Part shown: positions 63,375 through 64,000 of the stretch, piece after piece
Position numbering within the stretch: the first letter of the stretch is position 1
Layout of the letters: each line of letters opens with the position of its first letter
NCBI GenBank assembly: GCA_964522405.1
Contig: CAZFTR010000003.1
Coordinates: 35,711 to 99,710, forward strand
DNA from: an uncultured Gammaproteobacteria bacterium
GTDB lineage: Bacteria; Patescibacteriota; Patescibacteriia; Magasanikbacterales; UBA922
Reading direction: 5' to 3'
DNA length: 64,000 bases
Notes under the pieces: model-generated
The model's input: the letters and a program-made list of their open reading frames with translations, nothing else
Database searches by the model: none
Told to the model about the DNA's origin: nothing
Made by a program: the position numbers and the translations under genes

Positions 63375-64000
63375 ATGCATTTCCTTAGAAATATTATACT
63401 GGGATTTATAGCATCTTTTCTGATCGTGGGCGCAACATACGCTGCCTTTGATTTGACTGATGCTGGCAGCTCTCTTGGTAAAGTGACTAAAAAATCCGGA
63501 ATTGATCAAAAGGATATTGGTAAATACGTGGGAAATGTTATAGCTAGTGCTTTGGCCATAGTTGGATTGATATTTTTGATACTCATGGTCTATGCCGGGT
63601 TTAAATGGATGCTCTCCAGAGGAAATGAAGATGAAGTTACCAAAGCAAGAGAGACAATAATAGCGGCAACAATTGGGCTCATCGTGATAGCGGCAGGATA
63701 TGCCATAACTAGATTTATTACTGATCAGATAATCGCCAAAGCGCCTGATACAGAATTTAGTGGGCCTAGTGGACAGTCAGATACAGTTGGTGGTGTAGGT
63801 GCAGCATGTTGTATTGTTCCTTCCACTCCGGATCATTGTCATTCAGAGTCTGATCCAGGCGGGCTTTATACAGCTAGTATGAGAACTCCGAAACAGTGTT
63901 TAAGTATTTCTGAAAATTCTGCTTCATGTGCTTATGGTGAGGGTTGGGAAATGTATGAGACAGAGACTTTTGCTGATTGCTTAAAAGTATTTGAATGTTG
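63375..64000 (+). CDS. Pilin-module paralog 7 (3'-partial; runs off the window): TrbC/VirB2-like module plus Cys-rich C-terminal domain
   Basis: Hand translation from the ATG at 63375: ...IVGLIFLILMVYAGFKWMLSRGNEDEVTKARETIIAATIGLIVIAAGYAIT... then CCIVPSTPDHCH... Not in the ORF track because no stop lies within the window. Confidence 0.55.
   Translation, partial: MHFLRNIILGFIASFLIVGATYAAFDLTDAGSSLGKVTKKSGIDQKDIGKYVGNVIASALAIVGLIFLILMVYAGFKWMLSRGNEDEVTKARETIIAATIGLIVIAAGYAITRFITDQIIAKAPDTEFSGPSGQSDTVGGVGAACCIVPSTPDHCHSESDPGGLYTASMRTPKQCLSISENSASCAYGEGWEMYETETFADCLKVFEC

Overview
This window reads as an AT-rich, small-genome bacterial chromosome segment spanning the replication origin. The gene content and the expanded pilin-like families suggest a Patescibacteria/CPR-like organism using the standard genetic code.

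The conserved origin block is present: dnaN and dnaA on the minus strand, DnaA-box clusters on both sides of dnaA, and rpmH-rnpA-yidD on the plus strand. The rest is housekeeping (tig, polA, holA, rpsT, rpsF-ssb-rpsR, ychF, galU, class A PBP, three tRNAs) plus several systems:
- a type IV pilus assembly operon (pilB-pilC-pilM-pilN-pilO) with three prepilin-like genes elsewhere;
- a terminal tandem array of eight paralogs sharing a TrbC/VirB2-like two-helix membrane module fused to variable cysteine-rich ectodomains;
- a series of discrete, strongly GC-rich segments embedded in AT-rich flanks that carry their own promoters and terminators.

The GC-rich segments are the most unusual material. 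They include:
- two paralogous structured-RNA-like elements whose 5' hairpins differ by compensatory base changes;
- an ATP-grasp, FGase-like and PpnP-like gene neighbourhood;
- a GATase1, two GCS2-type carboxylate-amine ligases and an M20 peptidase neighbourhood;
- a small membrane/secreted cassette;
- a peptidoglycan-binding gene inserted at the origin.

Other points of note are a TrmB-like gene interrupted by one in-frame TAA and a large acidic repetitive secreted protein. rpmH is missing from the ORF track because it is only 58 codons long. All calls rest on reading motifs by eye; no database search or structure prediction was possible.
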